A stretch of 64,000 nucleotides of DNA, taken from contig OZ024749.1 in NCBI GenBank assembly GCA_964016885.1, positions 558,001 to 622,000 of the forward strand. The letters run 5' to 3'. Positions 25,201 through 38,839 of the stretch are shown one piece after another (within the stretch, counting starts at the first letter, position 1; the number at the start of each line of letters is the position of its first letter). This DNA is from Eledone cirrhosa (lineage: Eukaryota). A program made the position numbers and the translations under genes. The notes beneath the pieces are model-generated. The model was not told where the DNA came from, did not search any database, and saw only the letters and a program-made list of their open reading frames with translations.

Positions 25201-28200
25201 GTCGTCCTTTATATGCATCACATGTCCATACCAACATAATCTTCTCTCCTGCACACAGCATTTGATTCCTCTTATGCCTAGTCTTTCTCTCAGTTCTTTT
25301 ATGCTTTGCCGTTCATATATTACACATCCATCAGAGCATGTAAGCTTCATTTCTTTCCAATCTACACAAGTCTACACACAACACCCAGGTCTCACTACCA
25401 TGTAACGTTGTTTGTATGCACGCATCATACAGTCTGCCTTTCAATTTGAAGGAAAAGCCTTTTGCAGCTAGCAGTAGCTCCCTGAACTTCTTCCATCCCG
25501 TTCTCACCCTAATTACTGTACTTTCAGAACACCCACATCTGCTGCTAATTCGGTCACCTAAGTAGCAGAAGCTGTCTACTGTTTCTACAGAGCCCTCCCA
25601 GGGTTTGGTAGTGCTTGTTTCCTGCGGCTGTTTGCTGCTACATGTAAAGCCTACATTCTTAGCTAAACTTCCTGAGATCCCACTACATCTCTTGTGTACC
25701 CATAGTTTGCATTTAGGGCAGAGGATGGAATTCCTACCTACACCTTTCCTATATACTGAGCAAGGTCATTTTCCTGGGGGGATCTGGATTCTGTTTTCTC
25801 TATCTACAAGGACCTTAGTCTTTATCAGGTTGACTTTAAGATTCCTTCTTTGTAGTCTCTGCTTCCATGTTTGGAAATTTCTTCTCTAGTAGTTCCTCCA
25901 TCAATTCTGCTATGAGTGTAAGATCATCTGCGTACAGAAGTTCCCATGCGCATCCGGTCTTAAACTCCTGTTATAGCCTGCAATACGATAATAAACAGAA
26001 AAGGGCTAAGAACAGAGCCCTGGTGGACACCGACCTGTATGCTAAATTCCTTGCTATAGTCATTGTTTATCTTAACTTTGCTGACTGCTCCCCTATACAT
26101 GGCTTGTACAGCCTTCACAAGCCATTCACCTACTCCTAGTTTTCTAAGAGCCCACCAGATTAAAGCACGGGGAACTGTCGAAGGCTTTTTCCAGATCGAC
26201 AAATGCCAGGTACTTTTCCTGTAACTGCCTCACAAGGAAGAGAGCATCAGTGGTGCTTTTTCCTGGCACAAACGGAACAGCATCTCATCCAGATTTAGCC
26301 GGTCCCTAATATGGAGGCTGCAGGTGCCGAGAGTAATCTTCCTCTGTAACTGCAGGCGCATTTTTGTTTGCTGGATACCCTTTGTAAAAAAATACAAAGG
26401 TTATTTCTGGTGTTATTTCTCATGCATCCCTTTATTAGCAGAGAAAAAATCAAGTCTGTACACAAAATTATAATAATTTAAAACCAGAGGGTGCTTACAT
26501 TTTTTGCAACCACAAAAATAATGCTGTCAGAGGAAATAATTCAAAATATTTAGAGACGCATTTAGATTAATTGAAATATATACTCACTTGTTCATGTGAT
26601 TCTGCTTCTAAATTTGAATCAACCTTCTCCATTTTCAGCTTACGTAATCTTTTCAAGCTGTTACTATCCAAGTTGTCAGGTTGCAAGCTACATGTTGAGG
26701 CCATAGCTTCAGTGAAATTATCATCATCTATTTTTATAACACATTGTTGGTCAAGACTGCTAGCCACTAAAGTGTCAGAGGGCATTAAAACTGACTCATG
26801 GTCCCCATCAGCAACAAACTGCTGGAGGAGCCGTGGGTTGGCTGACATCATCTCATTCATATCTGCATTACTTCCACTCACAGTTGTCATTATATTGTTT
26901 TCTAAAGTTTTTGGTAAGTAACAAGTGCCGGATTTTTTTGCAGTACTCTTGTTACCAGGGACTGAAGGTGGTGTGTTGTTCAGAACTGACACAGGAACTG
27001 CAATCGTGCCTGATTTCCATTTAGAGGCATCTGCAGAGTTTTCATTTGTAGGGAAAGGCACCGAAACCAACTGGACAAATTGGTTGGAAATGTTAATAGG
27101 ACTAGAGGAGTTAGGAATGATAGATTTTTGGCCAGATTCTGAAACAGCACAACCTAAATCAGAGGAACTTGTAGTAATTCCAGGCTTTTGGAATGTGTTT
27201 GTAGACAATGATCCAGTTTTATCATTCAACATCTCAGAGTCTAGTGTTTGTGTGTTGGTGATGAGCAGTGAAACGTTGTTTTTGTAAGGTACTGTTTCTA
27301 AGATCTCATGATATGCTTGTGGGGACCCCTTCCTTGCAGTGGGTGTCTTCAACTTGGATGTTTTATTAGAAATGTTGACACCTGAACTTGCTTTTCTGGG
27401 CCTCATTTTCATTGTATTCACACATTCAGTTTTTATTTTCTACAAAATAAATTTATTTTTTAAATCAGAAAAAACCTATAAAAACTTTCACAATGTAAGG
27501 GGTTGGGAGGACCTTCAGTTTGTGTCAAAAGTAACGACAACTTCTCCTCTGCACTCGAAATGACCATATGAAAGCAGGATACAGATCCCTTGGCCTGCCG
27601 CGTCTCAGTACTAACTTGGTCTATGTAGACCCATCCAATCCTTGTAGCAGGGAAGCGGACATTAAATGATGATGACATATATATATTATATAATACATAT
27701 ATATGACAGAATAGATTTCTTATTATGATGATATATATGCACCAGCAGCAGCAACTAGGGGTTAACAAACTGGCATCTAGTCCAGGAAAATGTTTTTTTT
27801 TTCATGATGGATTGCAGTCCCATATTATTAAAGCATCTGATAAACTTCATATGAGAGGCTACATCTTAGAAAACCAGCTAAACCAATTTATTAGCTTTAC
27901 AAATGTTTCAATACATCTTATTCAACTATGCTTGTTATTTAAATTTAGTTAGAGGGAAAATATTAAGTATAAAAAACATTATTAACCCTTTAGTGTCCAA
28001 ACCGGCCGCAATTATTTCCCCTTCATTTGTTCAATCCAGCCGAAAACTAAAATATCATTCTAAAAATAAACAATACCGTCATCAAAATCTCGTCAATTCG
28101 AGATTACTGCGAGATTAGGACCTTACTGCGAAAATTAACACTTAATATAGTGAAACAACTTGAAACGTGTTTTTTTAATGTTGAAAGTAGAACAGATTTT

Positions 28201-29528
28201 TTGTGTATCAACATGGCTTGTGAAAGTAGCGATACCGACTTTGAAGGTTTTACACACGACGACATTCAGAATGAACAAGAAACAAAAGATAATATCAGTG
28301 ATTTATCTTCAAATGAATCAGATGTTTACATTTCTGAAATTTCATCCGACGATGATTGTTTTGAAAGTGAAAACGAAGGAGATCTCCAGGATACCATTGA
28401 AAATATTACAGCAACGTGGTTGAAAAATACCACACCAATAAATGTTCCCGATTTTATTCAAAATACTGGCCCACAACACACATTACCTCCCAATGCTAAA
28501 GCACTGGATTATTTCTTTTTGTTTTTGCCACAAACTTTCTTCGTGGCAAAAGAGACTAATCGATATGCCCAACAACAGATTTCAAATCGAGGAAAACCCG
28601 ATCTGTTATGGCGACTAACAGATGCTGCAGAGATGCAAGCGTTTTTTACCATAAATATTATGTTTACCATAAATATTATTTCCAGGACTGTGGAATTGCT
28701 GGAGCACTGATACAAGGTTTAGTATAAGGGTAGAGTACACTTCAGACAATATATGCCAGCTAAACCCACCAAATGGGGCATCAAGGTGTGGGAACTCTGG
28801 GAATCAGACACAGGCTACTGTGCAAACTTTGATGTTTGAAATATTGTCTGACAATATTGAAATACATTAGATACAAAAACACCTGTGTCACACCTGTTAA
28901 TGAACTTATATATTGAGCACATTCTTTTAAAATCTACTGACTACATTGTGTAAGAGTACATTGCCAATATTATTTTGACTGGTGAAAGGGTTTTATACAA
29001 TGAAAATATTTGAAATGTAGAGACAGACTAAAACTGTGTACTGATTATACCTGCATTTTAAATTAATTCACCTGTTCGGAAAAGTGCTAAAACTGTTGAT
29101 AGTCAACATCTAGGTCATTGTTGGATATTCTTTGTAACAAATCTAATAGGTAAGTCAGATAAAGTTTAAATTTTTGTGTTTATCCATAAAGTCATTACTT
29201 TTACACCTGTTAATTAATTTCACCTGCCCATAAAAGTCAAATTTAACAAAAAAAATTATTGATATTTTAACATCTACTGACAAAATTTCAAGTCTGCACA
29301 TAGAAAATTGATAACCCTCTTGAGTATGATTAAGTCAAAATAATGTGAATAGATAAACATGACATTTGATGTGAATGCTAAAAGGTTAAATATCTTCAGT
29401 AGCACAATGACCTGGGATTCATTGTAAATCATTTATAGTGCTCTGAAGATATACAATATTTAATCATGCTTCGTTATACTCAATATTGAAAATTATCACT
29501 TGGCCATATTAACTCTTTGGATTAAAAC

Positions 29529-29559
<31 letters not shown>

Positions 29560-32500
29560 GTATGTATACATAGAGAGAGAGAGAGATGATCAGTTAAGGA
29601 AGCTATGAAGAGGTTAAGGGAGACAAGTGAGAAAACTGTGGGGGTAAACATGTCTGTAGTTCTACAATTTGGACGCGAGATTTGCATGAATTTATCATTT
29701 GTGTTTCTAGCTACTCTTAGATTTAAATTTTGCCTTCATGTTTATATATATATATCATCATCATCATTTTACATCCGCTTTTCTCTGCTTGCAAGGGTGG
29801 GACGGGTCGTCTTCATCACAGCATCTCTCCATACGTCACGGTCCCTTGTCATCTCTATCAGCTTCAGCGAGGCTTTGATAGGGTACCCCGATCTGTCATC
29901 TGGTGGTCCCTAAGGAAACTAGGTGTTGAGGAATGGCTTGTGAGGACTGCAAACTTTGTACAGAGGTGCTGTCAGTAAAGTGAGAGTAGGAATGGAGTTT
30001 AGTGAGGAATTCCAGATACAAGTAGGAGTACATCAAGGTTCCGTCCTCAGTCTGCTCTTGTTCATTATAGTCCTCTAAGCCATAACAGAGGAGTTTAAGA
30101 CTGGTTGTCTATGGGAACTCTTTCTGATTTTTTTACCCCAACTTTTCAGTCATAATTTATCTTTCTATCATTTTTACAATCGAGGAAAACAACTTGTATG
30201 AATTCTGAAGCAACAAATCAAAACAAACTGAGTTACAGCCCTTTTTTTAAAATGTGGGCATGATTGTAAATTAGCAATTACGGCCCATATCTCGTGTGGC
30301 CTGCTCCTCGAAAAAGGTTGTCCATGCCTGATCTAGAATAAGGACAGGATGGAAGAAGTTTAGGGAGCTGCTTCCTGTTGACAATGAAGGGTTTCTCCCT
30401 ATGAACGAAAGGTCGGTTATATGATGCCTGTGTGAGACATGGGCAGCAACTGCAGAGGCTACGCGATGGCTGGAGAGAAATGAAGCAAACATGCTCCGAT
30501 GGATGTGTAATGTCAATGTGCGTGAACATCCAAGCATTTGGAGTTGAGAGTGAAACTATAGTGAGCGGGAGAGAAGACTGAGATGGTATGGCCATGTGAT
30601 GTGCATGGAAGATGACAACTGGATGAAGAAGTGCCAAGAAATCACGGTGGAAGGAAAACACAGTAGAGGAAGACAACGAAGAACATGGGTGGAAGTGGTG
30701 AGAGCAGACCTCAGATTGCTGAAGCTCACAGAGGAGATGATGAGGGACTATGATGAATGGAGAAATGCTGTGCTGAATAGGACCAGTCCCACCCTTGCAA
30801 GCAGGGAAAAACGGACGTATGATGATGATGATATATATACTTACACATACATATGAGCTGCTAGCCAAATAATTTTTTATCAATGAGTTAAAGACATGTA
30901 AAATCAATTAGTGGTCAGTTCTTCAGTCTAAAGTAGCTAGTAAGAATGAGTCGCCAAATAATTTTTGTACAAGTTGAAAACATGTATGTATACATATATA
31001 TAAATCTATATAAACACATGTGCACTCCCAGATATATATATTGAGTGAATGCAAAAGACCATAGGTCATTATTGAAAGTCTCTGGATGTGTATATTTCGC
31101 AAGGTAATTCTTATTTTTTATTGGAGAAGATAAGACCAGTCACTTGCATACTCTACTCTAAATAACAATATACTATATATTCACAATTACAACATTCTGC
31201 ATTAACAGTTAGTATTACTGTATACTGCCAGTAATATGTACAGTATATATATACACTATAATTAGTAAAAAATATACATATTTTTCTCTAAAAATTTGAT
31301 TGCAGTTTTGTGTTCACTTGTTGAAAACATTTATTTATTAAAAAAATTAAATGATAGCATTCTATATGTAGGTGGGCCCCCTTTATCTCCTGGCAACCAA
31401 TATTTTTAGACCTAGTCTGCCACACACACACATATATATATATACATGTATGTAAGTATATATATATATCATTATCATGACTGTTTGATAAGCTGACATG
31501 GGTTGGATATGCATGTAAATATATGAAAATATACATAAGTAAGAAAGATCAACAGCAAAACAGTAGCAGACAACAACACATTACAATAATTGTATATTTA
31601 GTTTAACATTAAGAAAGAAAAGTTATAAAAAGTCTTTACATTTTGGATACTAGTCGTTTGTCAAGGAAATACAGGAAGAAGGATTGGTTTAGAGAACGGA
31701 AAAAAAAAATAAAACAGAAAAATAGGAGAGAGAAAAAACACACGTGGTCACTTGTCAGCCATTTTGGAAACAGGAAGTGAATGGAAGTTAAATAAAATTT
31801 AGACCATGAAGAGGTTAGAGAGGGGAGACAAGTGAGAAAAAAAATAGTGATGTGAAAATGTGTAGCAGCAGTAGTTGTAATAGTAGAAATAGCAGTGGTA
31901 ATAGAAGTTATAAAATAGTGTTTATATTGGAGATATAACAAATTCCACATAATATATATTATATATAAATAAATAAATTACCTCATTTCCTGCTTCAGAC
32001 ATTCGAGTGTGGCTTCTTCTGAGAGGTAACTCTCTCACTGGTTCTTTCTTTGGTGTCTTTGCCAATCTCTCTCTTGACCGCAGGAGCCAGCCTGACTGAG
32101 GAAAACAGCCTTCTGCCATCACCTGTTGACTATTCTGTCTGGCGGACAGTGTGCAGCTGTTTAGAAATTTTACGCCTTTTGACCGCAAAGACCAACTCTT
32201 CTGGTAATATGTCTTCCTACCAGTCGTACGCATTCTGGTTTTCCTAGCACACTTCTGTAAGTCTTTATTCCAAACATTCTAAATATGTATTTAAAAACGA
32301 AAAGGAATATATACATGCATCACATACACACATATGATAGCTTTTGTTAGATAGGCAGTCAAATTAACGGTGGGAAAAAGTGCTGAAAGTGTGATAACTA
32401 GGATAAAAACAGGCTAGAAGTTTAGAGAGCTGTTACCACTGCTGACAACCAAAGGCTTTTTCTCTCAGAGTGAGGGGTAGACTATATGATATCTGAGCTT

Positions 32501-35500
32501 TGACCTGCAGAGGCTAGAAAGAAACGAATCAAGTATGCTCCAATGGATGTGTGATGTTAGTGTGCATGAATGACACAACATAAGCAAACTGAGGGAAAAA
32601 CTTGACATAAGAGGAATTAGATGAAGCCTGAAAAAGGGAAGGCTGCATTGGTATGGACACATGATGCACATGGAAGATAACTGCTGCATAAAGAAATAGA
32701 GAGAAAGCCCAGTTACTGGGACCCGAGGAAGACGCAAGACGTAGGAAGATGAGATGGGGTTGTGAAGACTAACCTTAAAAAACTAAACCTTACAACAGAA
32801 TTGACAAATGAGCCAGGGTTGGTGCTACGTTGCACTGATGAAGACTTAACCAACAATGTGGAATGACTCACTCCCACCCTCCAACAGCTATCCTCACCAG
32901 CATTCACTCCTTAGCCATTACCCCCACAAAAGCCCTTCAATACCCTCACTAGGAGCTACTCTCTTGTCCCCTTGCCCTTCCCACTAGCTGCTATCCCCGC
33001 CATCACTACACCCCCCACTTCCGGCTTTTTCATTCCTTAGCTACTGCACCATCCTAAATCCCCTAGAAAGTTTGCCAAACAAAGGATTGGGTGGACCCTC
33101 CAGTTGTGTCAAGGACGTGACAACCTCCCCTGTTCACTCAATAGAACCTAAGACTATGAGATGCAGACCTCCTGACCTGTCTGAAAGGTCAGTAGCTGTC
33201 CACCTCTTGCTAGCAGGGAAAGCAGGTGTTAAATATATACATCATCATTATCATTTTGTGCCTGCTTTTCCCTGCTTGCAGGGGTGGGACGGGTCCTCTT
33301 CAGCACAGCATCACTCCTTTTGTCATCTCCTCTGTGAGCTTCAGCAATCTGAGGGTCAGCTCTGACCACCTCTGCCCATGTTTCTCTGGTCTTCCTCTAC
33401 TGCGATTTCTTGGCACTTCTTCATCCAGCGGTCATCATCCATGCACATCACATGGCCATACCAATGTAGTCTTCTCTCCTGCACATTACAGTTTATCCCT
33501 CTTATACAGTTTCACTCTCAAATTGCTCATGCTTGGTCATTCATGCAACATCCATCGGTGTATGTTTGCTTCATTTCTCTCCAGCCTTCGCATACCCCCC
33601 GCAGTTGCTGCCCATGTCTTACTACCATGCAGCATCACGCATATTTATATATATAAAACTGAAGATGTCTGTGTGTGTGTGTGTGTGTGTCTGTGAGTTT
33701 GAATCCCTAAAACTCGAGAAGTACCCAACCGATTTTTTTCAAACTTTACATGTGTATTACTTATGTTTCAGGGAGTGTTAGGCACATAACTTGTGTTATG
33801 CACATCAACTTTTTGATCCCCTAGGGCCCGCATTAGGTGAAAAACTGCGTTTTTTTTTCAGCTTTTTAGGGGTTTTTTGAGGCGTTACGTCAGACCGATT
33901 TCCTTGAAATTGTAACTATGTATTAGTCAGTCTCTTCTTCATACCGTGAGCAAAGAAAATCCAACTTTTTTATGGCCTAGGGCCCGCATTAGGTGAAAAA
34001 CTTCATTTTTTTCCAAGCTTTTTAGGGTTTTTTTTTTTTGAGGCGTTACGTCTAGCCGATTTTCTCGAAATTTCAAGGCATATTATGCACATAAAAAAAT
34101 TCATTAGGTGAAAACCTGCATTTTTCCTGCTTCATCGAGGAAAATCATCAGAGTATTCATCAGAGTATTCGGTTTATTTTCTTTACATACTGTCCAGGCA
34201 TGCAGTTTTTCCACGATTAGGCCTGTTGGTGGCCCGCATTCCAAAATACCTTATCCCGTGCAACGCTGGGTACCACTGCTAGTATACATATATACAAACA
34301 CAAACATATATTTGTATATAATTAATATTATAACTAATTAAGGTAGGAGATAAGGTTATTAGAATGTAGGGTGGTTATATATCGCATTGAAGCAATTTGT
34401 TACCGTGGAAAAATGATATCTTATTACATCTTATTTTGTAATCTAAAGAACTAGAGTCAGATATATAAGGTTGAACAATGAAAACAAAAAGACGAGGTTT
34501 AGTGTCGAATTAATCCAGTTTTACGATAGTTTCAAAGAGCAAAAATGAACCATGATATTATCGATATATGGACTAATCAATAGCAGTTTGTAACTCAATA
34601 TTATTGGCCTTAACACATCCATTCTGCACCAGTGATGTCACAGACAAATTAAAAGGCAGAGGACTGAAAATGATAGCACAAGCTAGGCACTGTCTCTGAT
34701 GCTCTAATAATTCCATTACTGGTACTCTATCAACTTTGAAAGGAAGAAAAGCGTTGTTGATGTTTGACCCCAGAGAGCTGAAACAAATACTGAAAAGGAA
34801 GTAATCTGACACTCTAATGTACATGTCAATTCACTGCATAGTAGGCATATTGTTGTTGCTGTTACAACTAACACTTATGTGGGTTTAAATGACCTCCTCC
34901 TAGGTTTCTCAGGTGTTTTAATGATAGGGACCCCAGTCCTATCATGATGTGTTGCAGCGCATACCAATGTAAGTTGAAGTGGCCTCTTACAAGGCTACAT
35001 TTCATAGATTAATGATATGGCGCTTGGGTTCTATTATAAAAAGGCGCAACTCTGAACTACATGTTACTCTGCTGCAAGAGTCACTCACTCCCAGTTGCTT
35101 CTGATATTCAGTATTATTCCCAGTTTACTGGACTGGAACAATGTGAAATGAAGTGTCTTGCTCAATGACACAAATGTGCTGCCCAGTCCAGGAATCAAAC
35201 CCACAACCTTATGAACCTAACCACTAGACTCTGTTACTTACATAATTTTCTGTATCTTCTTTAGACACCACTTTGTTGGTCACACCACCAAACTGCTTAT
35301 AGTGCTTATTAACACTCTTTTGGTCAATTTCAACAACACAGTTTTCTATACTCTGGCCTGGGTATGCATAAGGATCCAATGTGGGGCCAGAATGCTCACG
35401 TGACTTCTCAAAGTTCTCACTATTCAGGTGCCTGTTGCTGCTTCTTCGAAGAGAGTAAGTTCTAAGAACAGAAACAAATCAGGTAAAAAAAAACCCACAT

Positions 35501-36209
35501 GATTAGAATGGTTAAACATACAAAATATTCAATGATAGAGTCTGCTGCTCAATTATATATTTGACCACCCCGACATCTTGGTCCAGTAGCTTAACTCCCA
35601 CCACCAGACATCATTGTTCTTAGCAGACATCTAACTCTTAATGTACCACAAATGTACCACAAATTGACATTAGCAAGACAAAAGTACAAAAATGACTGCA
35701 TCATATTAAAGATTCATGTCTTTACTAATACTAACACTTCAAAATATCACAACAATATGTTCACTATTTAAGATATTATAAACAACTCGTTGCTAAATAT
35801 TTTCAGTTAATTCATTAAATTTTCACAATCTATCCACTAATAAAACTATAAACATTTGAATTAACGAACTTGTTTTTAGATATTTGCAGGATGTTCTGAG
35901 TTAATCATTGAAATAGCATTACAGAAACAAACATACAATTAAGTTAGAACTGTATGTAAATAATTTTTTTTTTTGTGGGGTGGGGGTCAATAAAAGGCAA
36001 CCGGTGGTATTATATAGTAGTGGATTTACTATCTTATGGTGAATTCTTCATTTTCTGTGTGGTTGGTGTGGGTGAGGAAAGATGTTAGTTACACACAAGC
36101 ACTGGTCCACAGAATGTGAGCATACATCAGAGTATGACAAACCGAGTTAAGCCATGTAAGCATGGAAAAACAAACAATAAATGAAAGTGATGGTCACTAT
36201 GATATCAAC

Positions 36210-36247
<38 letters not shown>

Positions 36248-37458
36248 GTCCAGTCAGAGCTCACTGTATATACAATTATAGTTATGTACCAGTTATATAC
36301 TGGAATGGGGAACTAGAGCCCCCAAAATTCCCAGGGGTAAGAAGTCACTACACTTGTCCTCCCCTCCCCATGAAGCACAGAAGTCAGTGAAAAAGAAAAA
36401 TTTAGTCATTTTTTGCTAACAACAAACTACCTTTACTTGTTATCAACTTTAAGTCAGAATGGTTAAAAGATCCTGCTTCCTCTCTCTTCCAGCAAAACCA
36501 GGTTATAGATTCAATTTTTGGAAATGAGAATGGAAGGTATTTGAGCAGAGTCTAAGATCTGCTGACTAACAAGAGGTTAGCCTTGCACAGCTCAATACAT
36601 CACAATGTCCATCAAAATGAGAACACATTAGATTCAAGCCTAGGCAGTTGAATTAAAAGTAAAAGTGATTTTAGAGAACAAGTGTTACCATTCTGAAGTT
36701 TCTTTTCAATAAAATGCACTTCAAATTAACATGGGTGATTTTATATAGTCACTTGATCTGCTGAATGAAGCAGCTATAACTAATTCATTGAATGGATGCT
36801 ACATATTGTTTTGAACAGTACATCTACAATATGGACACGATGATCATGGCTAGAAAGCTGGCTGAACAGTCAATCAAGTTGGATGCAAAATCAGCATGGC
36901 AGTATTCTTATATAAAACACTTGGTATTTCTAAATTCCTATGTATCAGTGATCCTTCTTCTGGTCCAGTGCTACTATATCTTATCAGAAAACACTTCTAC
37001 TGGCTGTGGATATTGTGAATTCCCTCAGTAACGGCTGGTTAGCAACTAAACCAGTATGAGCTTCTTAAATCATGGGGTTTTTCAAAAGATATTGAAAAGG
37101 GAGCAAGAGTGAATACTGCAGCAACTCTGGCGAGTTGTAAAACTACCATAGCTAAAATACAAACAACATAACTGACATTGGAGTACATTACATAATCAGC
37201 AGCTATGTGTATCTAGAACTACACTGTATCCATGCATCACATAAAGAGGCGACCATATAATATTGTCTGAAGAAGGCACTTCAGTCATGGGGTCCTGCAA
37301 GGTTAACCCTTGCTTTGGCAGTGTAGCTGCTTAAATAGTAGGACCTTTTAATGCATATTAAATGGGAGCAAGAGTGAATTGTGGAGCAACGTAAAACAGT
37401 TGCAACCAAACCATCAAACCAATGCCACTAAAACACAAGCAAGATAACTGACATTGTA

Positions 37459-37506
<48 letters not shown>

Positions 37507-38800
37507 CACAGTCAGTAGCTTTGATACCATAGCAAGGTTATCAGAACAAGTGACAAGAATTTTGTAGCTGGGAGGATAAATAATTGGTATACCGTTTAAA
37601 TGGTGTTGAAGATTTGGAATTCTCCTTCCCACTGCCAGAAGCCTGAAGCAAGAAGTGGAAAAGTTACTAATATAGAATTGTCAAACGATGAAAAAAGATA
37701 ATGTTTCATGAAATTTTATGATTGTTATTATTTGTTATTTCCTGTTTACATGCAATCATACAGACACTCCAGGGAAAGAAATAAGATAGAGGGGAAGTAA
37801 AAAAAAAATACAGCAAAAGAAAAACAGAAGAAAAAAATTTAAGGAAGTATCAACCCCAGTAGTAAACTGGTACTTTATCAACCTCAAAAGGATGAAAGGC
37901 AAAGTTAGCCTCAGCAGGATTTCTTCTCTATCCAACGTTCAAACAACTATACCACTTTGCCACATCAAAGATGTATACAGCCCTGTTAATGTTAGTGTCT
38001 CACCATCAGCTCAGCCCATAGCTTTGAACAAGACTATATTGCCCAACCTGGCAACCCTGTTTTTTTGTTATCATAGTTTCTACATTGCCTATAATTTTCA
38101 AATAATTTAGAAAATAATCAAGATTTTAAGGGATTTAGTAATATAATTAACTTTCTTATTACTAAGTTGGTGTTTGGAGTATAACTTAACAAAAGTTCTT
38201 GTATCAAATCATAGTGGTTTCTCATTTAGGAACAAGGCCAGCAATTTTGTTCGACACTTACCGATACTATCAATAATAGGTTTTTAGATAAATATAAACA
38301 CTTTAAAACAAACAGATTTGGATCATAGAACTACCAGGAGTTTCAGGAAGTTTAATATCAAAAAGAATGTTAAGTAAGTTGTAAACTGTAGTATAGTGTG
38401 ATATAATATGTTGTTATAGGTATAGTATAATGTGATATATGTTATAATAGTATTTATTGTACATGCGATATAATAATGTTATAATTTATTATACCTTAAG
38501 TTTTTTTAAATAATTGTGTATGGAGGAAAATTTGTTAAGTTACCCTCTAGTGAACACAGCTATGATAATCTATAGTATAATTCATTCCATTACCTTGCGT
38601 TGCACTGATTTTGTGCTCCTACAAGAAAACCTTCTCCTGGATCCAGCAACATGCGAGCGCAATGAAGATTGCTGGTTTCAGAAAACAAAAAAATAAAAGA
38701 AACAAAAAAATGAGATGGCAATGAACTTTTTAGAAACCATCAATTATTTGTCAATAAACACATACGTGTACACATATGCTAACATGTGTGTGCGTGTGTG

Positions 38801-38839
<39 letters not shown>

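Noticed and set aside
28150-28710. Domesticated piggyBac (PGBD) gene
   Set aside because: Frameshifted and internally deleted, lacks a full catalytic core, and still has TIRs with TTAA ends.
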